From NCBI GenBank assembly GCA_900320025.1, contig ONQW01000001.1, positions 18,811 through 82,810 of the forward strand: DNA of 64,000 nucleotides, written 5' to 3'. This document shows positions 16,965-27,326 of the stretch, one piece after another (the stretch's first letter is position 1; each line of letters starts with the position of its first letter). The DNA is from an uncultured Lachnospiraceae bacterium (GTDB lineage: Bacteria > Bacillota > Clostridia > Lachnospirales > Lachnospiraceae). The translations under genes and the position numbers were made by a program. A model generated the notes under the pieces. It was given only the letters and a program-made list of their open reading frames with translations, was not told the DNA's origin and searched no databases.

Positions 16965-19136
16965 TCACGTATGATACCGGAAGATGGAAAGAGAAAGCGG
17001 GTCCACGGAGAATTCCATGGAATGGCTGCGCCCGTCCATTTCCGCGGGCTCAGCCTCAGCCCGTTCCTGCTTCTCAGTCCCGGTTCCTCCATAGAGCGGT
17101 GCACTGCTACTGAAGATCCTGCGGTATGATCCGGCATAAGGCACACCGGCACGGATCTGCCAGGCAGCTCCGGAATAATTGACCGCAATGTAAGCGAAAT
17201 CATCCGGGTGCGATCCCTTTCGGAGAAAACAAAGCATATTCTGATCATTGGCCATCTGCCTAATCCATTCAAATCCATCTGGATGATCATCATTTTCATA
17301 AAAGGCGCGATCCTGATGATAGAGATGATTGAGCGCAGCTGTCATCACGCCAAGGCCTTCTGCCGGCGTCGCAGCGGCAGTATGATGCTTTCCGTTGTCC
17401 AGAGCAGCCCTCACATCGGCAAGTGTCTCTCCGAGATTCAGAATTTTTGCACCCGGATGCACCATCATCGATGCGATCAGCAGGCGCAGCGAGGCATACT
17501 TTGTTTCTTCATTTTCCCCCGGCAGAGCATCCAGAATGGTCCGTCTGGAAGGCCCCATATCCTGCGCGAGAAACGGCAGCATATATTGCTCCGTATACTG
17601 ATAGACCATGTCCTCCAGAAGAAGGTTGTGTTTTCCCCTGCGGAACAGCGGGTCCGTCCTGAGATACCGCACCAGTGCATCGCGGAATGCCGTGTGCAGC
17701 TTATAATCAAACCCGAGGGAGCTGTCTTCCTGATTTCCGGTGACGCCGGACCAGACAGAGTCGGTCTCAGCGATCGTGATGGTGCCGGGCTGCTCCTTGT
17801 GAAGATGCGCGTTGCAGTTTCTGAAAAATGCGACTGCCTCCAGATTTTGAACGCCGCCGTACATATTGACGGCATGATCCATTTCCTGTCTTCCGTAATC
17901 CAGATACAGCTGCGGAGACAGATCCGTCGTCAGAAGACCATCCGCGTGGTATACCCGCACGAAGAAGAGCGCATTCGAGAGAAGGAAACTGCAGATCTCT
18001 GGATTCGCACAGTCAAAATAGCTGCTCCTTCCATCAGGGGTATCTCTCCTCCTGTCATCAGGCGACTCAAAGAGCGGCGCCGCATCGAACAGAGAAAGAC
18101 CACTCCGCGTGCGGATGAAGGAGACAGGATTCCATGTAAAGAAGCAGCGCAGCTTCTTTTCGTGCAGGGCATCCACGAGAGACATCAGCGAATCCGGACT
18201 GCCAAACTGTGGGTCTGGAGCAAACAGCGTATTATTGTCTGCCGGAACCGGGGAGAAGGCCACTGCATCGAAGCCGAGTGAGGAGACATAATCCGGCAGC
18301 ACGTCCTTTGCTTCCTCAAAGGTGCCGAAGGCAGAAGGATCAAAATGATAGACGGAAAGCGGTGTCCGTCTTCCCTCCGGAGTCGTGGCTGCCGGCGCTG
18401 GATTTAGTGTTTTCCAGGGGAAACCGCTGAGCGGTGTGACAACACATTGACCGGAATTATCGCCCTTGACAGCAAAAGCAAAGGGATCACTTCGCAGGGA
18501 AGTAATACCTGACTTTGCCCGGATTTCAAACTGATAGGCGGCCCCTGCCGGAACTCCTGGCACAAAAATACCGAAAATCCCAGTGTCCTCGAACCGGCTC
18601 ATCTGATGTGTCCTGGCATCCCACCCATTGAAATCTCCCACGACACTGACCCGTGACGCCGAGGGAGCAAGGCAGGCGAACCAGGTCCCGTCGACACCGT
18701 CGTACTGCATAGGATGTGCACCCAGCCGCTCATAAAGTGAGGAATGGCTGCCGGCAGACAATGCCCGCTCGTCCTCCTCACGGAAGTAAAAAGGAAAGCG
18801 GTAAGGATCCTGTACTACAGTGACCGAGCCGTCCTTTGTGGTGATCTCATAGTGATAACGCAGCTCGGCCGCTTTTTTCCCCGGCAGAAAGCAGGCATAA
18901 AACCCATCCTCATCTGCCAGTTCCATGGGAATTCTCGCCCGTGCGCCTGTCCGATCTGCTCCGTCCTGCCGCTCCAGGACGACCGTGATGCGATTGACAC
19001 CGGGACGAAATGTCTGAATCAGGACACCGCCATTTTGATCATGTGCGCCCAGAAGCAGATCCGGGCGATCTCCATCGGAATAGATGACAGACTCGATTTC
19101 TGGCCAGTTCATCATTTTATATAATTTTTTATTCAT
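16965..19136 (-). CDS. 1,4-alpha-glucan branching enzyme (GlgB)-like GH13 protein with degenerate catalytic motifs
   Basis: GlgB architecture: YERLGAHP, APSASRVSVVGDFNGWD, DPFAF, LYLDYGR, HPGAKIL, GFEWI, GVPYAGSY; regions I, II and IV are altered (see findings). Confidence 0.85.
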   Translation of the reverse strand: MNKKLYKMMNWPEIESVIYSDGDRPDLLLGAHDQNGGVLIQTFRPGVNRITVVLERQDGADRTGARARIPMELADEDGFYACFLPGKKAAELRYHYEITTKDGSVTVVQDPYRFPFYFREEDERALSAGSHSSLYERLGAHPMQYDGVDGTWFACLAPSASRVSVVGDFNGWDARTHQMSRFEDTGIFGIFVPGVPAGAAYQFEIRAKSGITSLRSDPFAFAVKGDNSGQCVVTPLSGFPWKTLNPAPAATTPEGRRTPLSVYHFDPSAFGTFEEAKDVLPDYVSSLGFDAVAFSPVPADNNTLFAPDPQFGSPDSLMSLVDALHEKKLRCFFTWNPVSFIRTRSGLSLFDAAPLFESPDDRRRDTPDGRSSYFDCANPEICSFLLSNALFFVRVYHADGLLTTDLSPQLYLDYGRQEMDHAVNMYGGVQNLEAVAFFRNCNAHLHKEQPGTITIAETDSVWSGVTGNQEDSSLGFDYKLHTAFRDALVRYLRTDPLFRRGKHNLLLEDMVYQYTEQYMLPFLAQDMGPSRRTILDALPGENEETKYASLRLLIASMMVHPGAKILNLGETLADVRAALDNGKHHTAAATPAEGLGVMTAALNHLYHQDRAFYENDDHPDGFEWIRQMANDQNMLCFLRKGSHPDDFAYIAVNYSGAAWQIRAGVPYAGSYRRIFSSSAPLYGGTGTEKQERAEAEPAEMDGRSHSMEFSVDPLSLSIFRYHT

Positions 19137-19184
19137 CGTGATCCCCCTGCCGCAGTTTCTGCGGCCTCCGCGCAGAAAACCCGG

Positions 19185-20480
19185 TTAAAGCGCATGAAGA
19201 AACAATCCACTGAGCAGCTTGGGTTCAAACCAGGTTGATTTGGGAGGCATCAGGCGGCCGGCGTCAGCGACAGCGAAGAGCTCCTGTATCGACGTCGGAT
19301 ACATAGAGAATGCCGCGGCGCAGTCTGTGCGGACTCTTCGCTCCAGTTCTCCAAGGCCGCGGATTCCACCGACGAAATCGATCCGGTTATCGGTCCTTGG
19401 ATCTCCTATACCGAGAATCGGGCCCAGGATATGGTCCTGCAGAATGGAGACATCAAGGTCTCTCACCGGATCATCACTTCGCAGAGAGCTGTCAGCCCTG
19501 AGAGCATACCAGCCGTCCGCGAGGCACAGTCCGAACTCTCCTCGCTCTGCAGGATGCACCGGTGCAGTCACAGGTCCTTCTACATGAAAACCTGCGGCAC
19601 GGATGCGGGACAGAAATGCTTCAGAATCAAGGCCGTCCAGGTCCCGGATGACACGGTTATAATCCATGATAGACAGCTCTTCATCCGGAAACAGGACAGA
19701 GAGAAAATAATCAGATTCCTCGACGCCCTGCCGGAAGAGATCATTCTGAATTGACCGGTGCCCGAACGAGATTCGTTCCGATTTTTGTCCCGTCCTGCGT
19801 TCCTCACGCCGTTTCAGACCGACCTTGACCGCCGATGCACACCGATGATGTCCGTCAGCAATGTAGATCTCATTGATATTCCTGAAACAATGCTCGATCA
19901 GCACACATTCATTGCGGTCAGAGATGAGAAAAACGCGGTTGCGAACGCCTCCATCCGAAACGAAGTCGCAGATCGGCTCATCGTTCCGGTTGGCGTTGAC
20001 AATTTCCCGGATGGTCTCATTGCCGCGGTAAGCCAGAAAAATCGGTCCGGTCTGCATATTACAGGTATCCACATGACGGATTCGATCCTGCTCCTTGTCC
20101 TCCCGGGTGTTTTCGTGCTTGCGGATGACACCATGCAGATAATCGTCAATGGATGCACAGGCAACTATGCCGGTCTGAGTCCGCCCCGCAAAGGTCTGCT
20201 CATAAATGTAATAGTAAGGTCTGGGATCCTGGACAAAATCTCCGCGCGCGATGGCATCAGCCAGGAGATCCCGCGCGCGAAGATAAACCTGGGGCGCATC
20301 GAAAGGGGTTCCCTCCGGCAGCTGGGTCTCGGCGCGGTCGATCGCAAGAAAGGACTGAGGATGCTCCCTGGTATAAGCGCGGGCTTCGTCGCTGCTGTAC
20401 ACATCATATGGAAGAGCGGCGATTGTCTGTTCCATTCCGTGCCTTGGCCGGAATGCTGCAAAAGGTTTGATGTCAGCCAT
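19185..20480 (-). CDS. DUF1015-family protein
   Basis: IKPFAAFRP, ALPYDV, HENTREDKEQDR, YIADGHHRCASA, MPPKSTWFEPKL; follows serC-serA. Confidence 0.9.
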   Translation of the reverse strand: MADIKPFAAFRPRHGMEQTIAALPYDVYSSDEARAYTREHPQSFLAIDRAETQLPEGTPFDAPQVYLRARDLLADAIARGDFVQDPRPYYYIYEQTFAGRTQTGIVACASIDDYLHGVIRKHENTREDKEQDRIRHVDTCNMQTGPIFLAYRGNETIREIVNANRNDEPICDFVSDGGVRNRVFLISDRNECVLIEHCFRNINEIYIADGHHRCASAVKVGLKRREERRTGQKSERISFGHRSIQNDLFRQGVEESDYFLSVLFPDEELSIMDYNRVIRDLDGLDSEAFLSRIRAAGFHVEGPVTAPVHPAERGEFGLCLADGWYALRADSSLRSDDPVRDLDVSILQDHILGPILGIGDPRTDNRIDFVGGIRGLGELERRVRTDCAAAFSMYPTSIQELFAVADAGRLMPPKSTWFEPKLLSGLFLHAL

Positions 20481-20507
20481 GGTGATAAGGCCTCCCCGCC
20501 TGTGCTG

Positions 20508-21671
20508 TTATTTGATGACGCGGACACGGAACACATTGTCGACGCTGCTGAGACGAGTGATGACCTCCGGTGTGACGGGTGTATCGAGATCCATCAGTGT
20601 GTAGGCAACGTCTCCTTTGGACTTATTGGTCATTTCAGCAATATTGATGCCGGCATCGCCGCACACAGAGGTGAACTGCGTGATCATATTGGCAATGTTT
20701 CTGTGAAAAATTGCTACCCGGCCGGCATGCTCGCAGACACCTGCGCTGCACTCCGGATAATTGACACTGTGGACAATGCTGCCGTTCTCCAGATAGTCTC
20801 TCAGCTCGTCCACTGCCATCACGGCGCAGTTGGTCTCTGATTCCTCTGTCGAGGCGCCGAGATGAGGAGTCGTAATACAGCCGCGGTGTCCCGCTACGGT
20901 AGGGTTCGGAAAATCCGAGACATACCGGCGGACTTTGCCTGCATCGATCGCTTCGATCATCGCCTTTTCGTCCACAAGTACGTCGCGTGCCATATTCAGC
21001 ACGATGACGCCCGGCTTCATCAGGGAAATGGCCTCTCTGGAGATATATCCTCTGGTTGAATCCATGGCAGGCACATGAATGGTAATAAAATCGCAGCTGC
21101 GGTATAGCTCGTTGATGTCGGTCACATGGGTTACCTTTCGGGAAAGGTGCCATGCATTGTCCACGCCGACAAAAGGATCATAGCCATAGACGTCCATGCC
21201 GAGATACACTGCTGCGTTAGCCACGCGGACGCCGATTGCGCCAAGGCCGATGATGCCCAGCTTCTTTCCCTCCAGCTCCGTCCCCGCGAACTGTTTTTTC
21301 TCTTTTTCAACCTGCTGGACAATATCCGGATTATTCCAGTTGGAGCGGACCCAGTCCACGCCCTCCACAATATCCCTCGATGCAAGCAGCATACCGGCAA
21401 TGACAAGCTCCTTTACCCCGTTTGCATTGGCACCGGGCGTATTGAAGACAACGATGCCCCTGCTGGCGCACCGGTCCAGCGGAATGTTATTGACGCCGGC
21501 GCCTGCCCTTGCAATGGCGAGAAGATTATCTGAAAATTCCATGTCGTGAAGCTTTGCGCTCCGAACCAGCAGTCCCTGGGCTTCTGCCGGATCCTCCGTT
21601 TTCTCATAAAGGTCCGAAAAACGATCCAGCCCCGTCTGGGAAATGTTATTGAGACAAGCATATTTGAACAT
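20508..21671 (-). CDS. serA: D-3-phosphoglycerate dehydrogenase with C-terminal ACT domain
   Basis: ARAGAGVNNIP, NTPGANANGV, GLGAIG, TPHLGAST, ACT-like HRNIANMITQFT. Confidence 0.93.
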   Translation of the reverse strand: MFKYACLNNISQTGLDRFSDLYEKTEDPAEAQGLLVRSAKLHDMEFSDNLLAIARAGAGVNNIPLDRCASRGIVVFNTPGANANGVKELVIAGMLLASRDIVEGVDWVRSNWNNPDIVQQVEKEKKQFAGTELEGKKLGIIGLGAIGVRVANAAVYLGMDVYGYDPFVGVDNAWHLSRKVTHVTDINELYRSCDFITIHVPAMDSTRGYISREAISLMKPGVIVLNMARDVLVDEKAMIEAIDAGKVRRYVSDFPNPTVAGHRGCITTPHLGASTEESETNCAVMAVDELRDYLENGSIVHSVNYPECSAGVCEHAGRVAIFHRNIANMITQFTSVCGDAGINIAEMTNKSKGDVAYTLMDLDTPVTPEVITRLSSVDNVFRVRVIK

Positions 21672-21739
21672 CTGCGTCAGTCCTCCTTCTGCTGCGTCAG
21701 CCCGATTGATAAAATGTATCTTGCAAATCTGTTTCCGGG

Positions 21740-22825
21740 TCAGCGGTGTGCCTTCTCAAACCGGTCCATGAATTCAACCAGCTTCTCGACACCCTCGTAC
21801 GGCATCGCGTTGTAAATGGATGCCCGCATTCCGCCGACGCTGCGATGGCCCTTGATATTGACCAGACCGTTCTGTTCTGCCTCTGCGACAAATGCGGCAT
21901 CCGTCTCCTTATTGCCTGTGACAAATGGAACGTTCATGAGTGAGCGGTCCTGAGGTCTTACCGTGCCATGGAAAAGACTGGACTGATCCAGAAAATCATA
22001 GAGAAGCTTTGCTTTTTTCTCATTGCGTTCCTTCATGGCAGACAGACCGCCCATTTCCTTCAGCCACTGGAACACCAGACCGCAGATATAGATCGTCCAG
22101 CAGGGAGGGGTGTTATAGAGCGAATGCGCATCCGCATGGGTTTTGAACCGGAGCATGGTCGGCGTGTTTTCCACTGCCGGTTCTTCCGGGATCAGATCCT
22201 TGCGGATGATAGAAATGACCATGCCGGCCGGGCCGATGTTCTTCTGCACCCCGCCGTAGATAATACCATAGTCCTCCACATGTACCGGTTCGCTCAGGAA
22301 GCAGGAGGAGACATCTGATACCAGGACATGTCCCTTTGTATTCGGCAGCTTGTGATAGGTCGTTCCATAAATCGTATTATTCTGGCAGATGTAGACATAG
22401 TCAGAATCCTCCGGGATCGGAAGATCGCTGCAGTCAGGAATATAGGAGAACGTCTGATCCGCAGAGGAGGCGACGGCCACAGCATCTCCGTAGCGCTGAG
22501 CTTCCTGCCAGGCCTTTTTCGCCCAGTTTCCGGTGATGATGTAGGCTGCCTTCCGGTGCTTCATGATGTTCATCGGGATCATTGCAAATTGCTGCGAGGC
22601 GCCGCCCTGAAGGAACAGAACCTCATAATTATCCGGAATGCCCATGAGATCGCGGATGTCCTGCTCCGCCTGATCAATAATTCCCTGAAAAATGGCGCTG
22701 CGGTGGCTCATTTCCATCACGGACTGTCCGCTCCCGTGATAGTCCAGCATCTCAGCAGCTGCCCGCTTCAGAACCTCTTCCGGCAGCATCGCCGGACCAG
22801 CAGAAAAATTGTACACACGTGCCAT
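21740..22825 (-). CDS. serC: Phosphoserine aminotransferase
   Basis: RVYNFSAGPAMLP, SVMEMSHRS, FLQGGAS, QKNIGPAG, GHRSVGGMRASIYNA. Confidence 0.97.
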   Translation of the reverse strand: MARVYNFSAGPAMLPEEVLKRAAAEMLDYHGSGQSVMEMSHRSAIFQGIIDQAEQDIRDLMGIPDNYEVLFLQGGASQQFAMIPMNIMKHRKAAYIITGNWAKKAWQEAQRYGDAVAVASSADQTFSYIPDCSDLPIPEDSDYVYICQNNTIYGTTYHKLPNTKGHVLVSDVSSCFLSEPVHVEDYGIIYGGVQKNIGPAGMVISIIRKDLIPEEPAVENTPTMLRFKTHADAHSLYNTPPCWTIYICGLVFQWLKEMGGLSAMKERNEKKAKLLYDFLDQSSLFHGTVRPQDRSLMNVPFVTGNKETDAAFVAEAEQNGLVNIKGHRSVGGMRASIYNAMPYEGVEKLVEFMDRFEKAHR

Positions 22826-22929
22826 GGAATTCCTCCCTCATCAAATACTGCTTTTATAATTCAGCACATCCCTGTGCTGCCGTCAGGCAGGCGGCAGCCG
22901 GAGAAAATGTGCCTGTTTCACATGCAAAA

Positions 22930-23880
22930 TCAGTAAAACGCGACAACCGGTGTTCCGACCGTCAGGATCGGGTACAGAATCTTCATATTTTCCAGCGGGA
23001 CATTGATGCAGCCGTGCGAACCGCCGGTCTCAAAAATATCTCCGCCGAACCGGCTGCGCCAGGTGGCATCATGGATTCCGATGGAGTTGCCGATGATGGG
23101 GACCCAGTAGTCGACGTGAGAGACGTAATCCTTCCCTATCAGGTTCGTGTCCCGTACTTTGTTAAGCACCTTGAAAACGCCCTGCGGCGTCGCATGTCCG
23201 TTCGACGTATTGCCGGTGACAATCTGCGTGGAGAGAGCGCAGATGCCGTCCTGATAGTAATACAGCATCTGATTGGTCATGTCGATCTCAACATAGGTGT
23301 CGCCGATATTGTATGTGTCCCGGGTGGTCAGTGGATGTGCCGCCGTGGCGCCACTGCAGAGCGCTGTCACAAGGTAATTGCTCTCCGCCTGATAGTTTAC
23401 CTCTCTGCCTGTGGTCTTGATTTTAGTAAAGGTCAGCAGTCTGCCGCTCGTCGTGAGAAATGCATTTCCATTCGGCACAGACGAGGCAACGTAGGGATTG
23501 AGATTCTTCAGCAGAGTCTGTACTGCCAGCGGATTGATGATGTAGGAGCCTGTATCCGGGTCCATGAAAGGTGTTCCATCTGCATTCGTGATCAGCAGTG
23601 CGGGGGCATCATTCTTATCCAGTACATAGGTCCGCCCTCCCCCAAGATCATAGGTGAGATGAACAGACGCAAGGGCAGCCGGGCTGACGCGCGGAAACCC
23701 TGCCCAGGCTTCCTTCCCGGTACTGACAGACGCCGACCCGGAGACCGTCTGAGATGCCGGTGACGAAGAAGCGGCATGAACCGCAGGCATTTCCGGCATG
23801 ACGGCAAGACTTCCCAGCAGAACCGCTGTCAGCGCTGCTGTTCTTGCAGAGAGACACAGCGTGCGAACTGAATTTTTCAT
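22930..23880 (-). CDS. Secreted L,D-transpeptidase (YkuD) family protein
   Basis: Signal-peptide-like N-terminus; YVEIDMTNQ, IVTG....ATPQG, IGIHDATWR, GSHGCINVP. Confidence 0.88.
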   Translation of the reverse strand: MKNSVRTLCLSARTAALTAVLLGSLAVMPEMPAVHAASSSPASQTVSGSASVSTGKEAWAGFPRVSPAALASVHLTYDLGGGRTYVLDKNDAPALLITNADGTPFMDPDTGSYIINPLAVQTLLKNLNPYVASSVPNGNAFLTTSGRLLTFTKIKTTGREVNYQAESNYLVTALCSGATAAHPLTTRDTYNIGDTYVEIDMTNQMLYYYQDGICALSTQIVTGNTSNGHATPQGVFKVLNKVRDTNLIGKDYVSHVDYWVPIIGNSIGIHDATWRSRFGGDIFETGGSHGCINVPLENMKILYPILTVGTPVVAFY

Positions 23881-23940
23881 AATCTACTCAAAATCTCCTC
23901 AAAATCTGTCATAGGAAGCAGCGTGATGATAATAGCCAGA

Positions 23941-25614
23941 TCATTTCTTCAGATCGGAGGCATCAAATGCCTGATCGATGGATGCGCCCGGGGATACCAT
24001 AGGATAAACACTGTCATCCTTGTCAATGCAGCAGTCCAGGACGACCGGTCCCTCCTGCCGCAGGCCCGCCTTAAGGGCGGCGCGGAGCTCTTCCTCTGTT
24101 GTCACCCGGAATGCGCGGCATCCCAGCCCCTCCGCTGTCCGAACATAATCGACCTTGTCCTCCAGAACGGTCTGTGAGTACCGCTGTCCGTAGAACAGCG
24201 TCTGCCATTGCCTGACCATACCAAGGACACGGTTATCAATGATGATTTCGATCACCGGGATGTTGTAGCGGCTTGCAGTGGCAAGCTCAATGAGATTCAT
24301 GCGGAAGCAGCCGTCCCCGGCAATGTTGCAGACAATTTTGTCAGGCCTTGCCATTTTAGCGCCGATCGCCGCGCCGAGTCCGTATCCCATTGTACCAAGG
24401 CCTCCGGAGGACAGAAAAGTTCTTGGTTCGGAATAGGTATAATATTGAGCCGCCCACATCTGATGCTGCCCGACATCTGTGGTAATGACAGCCTTTCCGT
24501 CCGTCATCTCATCCAGAACCTCCATGATTCTGGGACATGTCAGGCGGGAGTGATCATAAAACAGCGGGTGCTGTTTCTGATAGGCTGCAAGTTCCTGCAT
24601 CCACTCCGGATGAGACACGGCAGAAAGACGGCAATTGATTTTTTCCAGAATTTCCGCTGCATCGCCGATAACAGCCGCATCCACTCTCACATTCTTATTG
24701 ATTTCCGCAGCATCAATATCGATCTGAAGAATTCTGGCCTGTGACGCAAAGAGGCTGGCATTTCCCGTGACGCGGTCAGAGAACCGCGCGCCGAGGGTGA
24801 TCAGAAGATCACAGTGGCTTACTGCATAGTTGGATGTTTTTGTCCCATGCATGCCAATCATGCCGGTGTAATGAGGGTCGTGCTGGTCAAATACCCCCTG
24901 TGCCATAAGCGTTTCGCCGACAGGCGCATCAATCCGCTCCACCAGTGTTTTCACCTGCGCAGAGGCGCCTGAGATGACACATCCGCCGCCGACATAGAGG
25001 AAAGGTCTCTTCGCCTCTTCAATCATACGGACCGCGGTGTCCAGATCAGACTCGCTGTACTGAGCCTTCCGGCAGAACGGCACGGGCTTTTCCGGCTCAT
25101 ATTCACAGGAAGCCGCAGTAACATCCTTGGTGATATCGATGATGACAGGACCTGGTCTGCCGCTTGCCGCAATGCGGAATGCTCTGCGGATGGTCTTCGC
25201 CAGAACATGAACGTCCTTGACAATATAGCCATGCTTTGTGATCGGCATGGTGATCCCGACAATATCTACCTCCTGGAACGTATCCTTTCCCAGCAGGGGA
25301 AGATTGACATTGCAGGTGATGGCGATCAGCGGAACGGAGTCCATGTAGGCGGTAGCGATCCCCGTGACAAGATTTGTCGCGCCAGGCCCGCTGGTGGCAA
25401 GGCATACGCCAACTCTTCCGCTTGCACGTGCGTAACCGTCCGCCGCGTGCGCCGCGCCCTGCTCATGGCTTGTCAGAATGTGACGGATTTTATCCTGATT
25501 CTTGTATAATGCGTCATAAACATTCAGGATTGTTCCGCCGGGATATCCGAATACCGTATCAACGCCCTGTTCGAGCAGGCACTGTACGACGATTTCTGCT
25601 CCGGTAAGCTTCAT
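23941..25614 (-). CDS. ilvB: Acetolactate synthase large subunit
   Basis: VFGYPGG, HEQGAAHAADGYARA, TSGPGATN, TDVGQHQMW, SGGLGTMGYG, GDGCFRMN. Confidence 0.96.
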   Translation of the reverse strand: MKLTGAEIVVQCLLEQGVDTVFGYPGGTILNVYDALYKNQDKIRHILTSHEQGAAHAADGYARASGRVGVCLATSGPGATNLVTGIATAYMDSVPLIAITCNVNLPLLGKDTFQEVDIVGITMPITKHGYIVKDVHVLAKTIRRAFRIAASGRPGPVIIDITKDVTAASCEYEPEKPVPFCRKAQYSESDLDTAVRMIEEAKRPFLYVGGGCVISGASAQVKTLVERIDAPVGETLMAQGVFDQHDPHYTGMIGMHGTKTSNYAVSHCDLLITLGARFSDRVTGNASLFASQARILQIDIDAAEINKNVRVDAAVIGDAAEILEKINCRLSAVSHPEWMQELAAYQKQHPLFYDHSRLTCPRIMEVLDEMTDGKAVITTDVGQHQMWAAQYYTYSEPRTFLSSGGLGTMGYGLGAAIGAKMARPDKIVCNIAGDGCFRMNLIELATASRYNIPVIEIIIDNRVLGMVRQWQTLFYGQRYSQTVLEDKVDYVRTAEGLGCRAFRVTTEEELRAALKAGLRQEGPVVLDCCIDKDDSVYPMVSPGASIDQAFDASDLKK

Positions 25615-25627
25615 GACGATCTCCCTC

Positions 25628-27307
25628 TTATTGTTCGTCCGGCAGCTTCAGAATTGCGCCTGTATTGCCGCTTGTGACAAGGGCGCAGTAACGGCGCAGA
25701 TATCCGTCTGTGATCTTTGGCTGGCGCGGTTTCCATTCTGCTTTTCTCCGGGCAAGTTCCTCATCGGACACCTTGAGTTCAAGCCGGTTATTCGGAATAT
25801 CGATCAAAATCCGGTCTCCCTCGCGCACCAGGGCAATCGGTCCTCCCACGGCTGCCTCCGGAGAGACATGCCCGATAGAAGCGCCTCTCGACGCCCCAGA
25901 GAACCGTCCGTCTGTGATCAGTGCCACCGTGCTGCCAAGTCCCATGCCGGCGATGGCGGAGGTTGGATTGAGCATCTCGCGCATGCCCGGTCCGCCCTTC
26001 GGTCCTTCGTAGCGGATGACAACGACATCCCCGGGGACAATCTTGCCGGTGGTGATGGCCTTGATGGCATCCTCTTCGCAGTCGAATACGCGCGCAGGTC
26101 CCTCGTGGACCATCATTTCCGGGACAACGGCGGAACGCTTGACAATACCGGTGTCGGGAGCCAGATTCCCTTTCAGAACAGCAATGCCGCCGTTCGGCAT
26201 ATAGGGATGATCAATCGGCCGGATTACCTCCGGATTGCGGTTGACTGCATTCTCAATATTCTCCCTCATGGTTTTCCCGGTGACGGTAGGAAGATCAAGA
26301 GAAAGAAGATCCTTCTTCGCAAGCTCCTTCATGACTGCATAGACGCCGCCGGCCTCATTGAGATCCTCCATATAGGTCGGGCCTGCAGGAGCCAGATGGC
26401 ACAGATTCGGCGTGCGCGCGGACACCTCGTTTGCGATCTCCATGTTGATCTCTATGCCGGCCTCATGCGCAATGGCCGGAAGATGCAGCATCGTATTCGT
26501 GGAGCAGCCGAGTGCCATATCCACCGTCAGCGCGTTGAGGAAGGCCTCTTTTGTCATGATGTCCCTCGGGCGGACATCGTTCTTCACCAGCGTCATGATC
26601 TGATTGCCGGCGTGCTTGGCAAGACGGATTCTGGCACTGTATACCGCAGGGATCGTTCCGTTTCCGCGAAGTCCCATCCCGATGGCCTCGGTGAGACAGT
26701 TCATCGAATTGGCTGTGTACATTCCGGAGCAGGACCCGCAGGTCGGACAGACATTTTCCTCAAAGTTGCGGAGCTCGGCTGCATCAATTTTGCCTGCATC
26801 GTAAGCGCCGACAGCCTCAAACATAGAGGAGAGACTCCGCTTTCTGCCGTCTACATGGCCGGCCAGCATGGGCCCGCCGGAGACAAAAATGGTTGGGATA
26901 TTGATGCGTGCTGCTGCCATCAGAAGACCCGGGACATTCTTGTCACAGTTTGGAATCATCACAAGGCCGTCAAAACCATGTGCCTTGGCCAGGCACTCCG
27001 TGGAGTCCGCGATCAGATCGCGGGTCACCAGGGAATATTTCATGCCGACATGTCCCATCGCAATACCGTCGCAGACCGCGATGGCGGGGACGACAACAGG
27101 CATACCTCCGGCCTCGGCAACACCGAGCTTTACTGCCTCCGTGATCTTATCCAGATTCATATGGCCCGGAATAATTTCATTGTAGGAACTGACAATTCCG
27201 ATGAGCGGCTTCTTCATTTCCTCTTCCGTAAATCCGAGGGCATTGAAAAGGCTTCTGTGGGGAGCCTGCTGAACACCAACCTTCACTCTGTCACTGATCA
27301 TTATCAT
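25628..27307 (-). CDS. ilvD: Dihydroxy-acid dehydratase
   Basis: [57 protein letters not shown]. Confidence 0.97.
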   Translation of the reverse strand: MIMISDRVKVGVQQAPHRSLFNALGFTEEEMKKPLIGIVSSYNEIIPGHMNLDKITEAVKLGVAEAGGMPVVVPAIAVCDGIAMGHVGMKYSLVTRDLIADSTECLAKAHGFDGLVMIPNCDKNVPGLLMAAARINIPTIFVSGGPMLAGHVDGRKRSLSSMFEAVGAYDAGKIDAAELRNFEENVCPTCGSCSGMYTANSMNCLTEAIGMGLRGNGTIPAVYSARIRLAKHAGNQIMTLVKNDVRPRDIMTKEAFLNALTVDMALGCSTNTMLHLPAIAHEAGIEINMEIANEVSARTPNLCHLAPAGPTYMEDLNEAGGVYAVMKELAKKDLLSLDLPTVTGKTMRENIENAVNRNPEVIRPIDHPYMPNGGIAVLKGNLAPDTGIVKRSAVVPEMMVHEGPARVFDCEEDAIKAITTGKIVPGDVVVIRYEGPKGGPGMREMLNPTSAIAGMGLGSTVALITDGRFSGASRGASIGHVSPEAAVGGPIALVREGDRILIDIPNNRLELKVSDEELARRKAEWKPRQPKITDGYLRRYCALVTSGNTGAILKLPDEQ

Positions 27308-27326
27308 AATCTCCTTTTTATCGATT

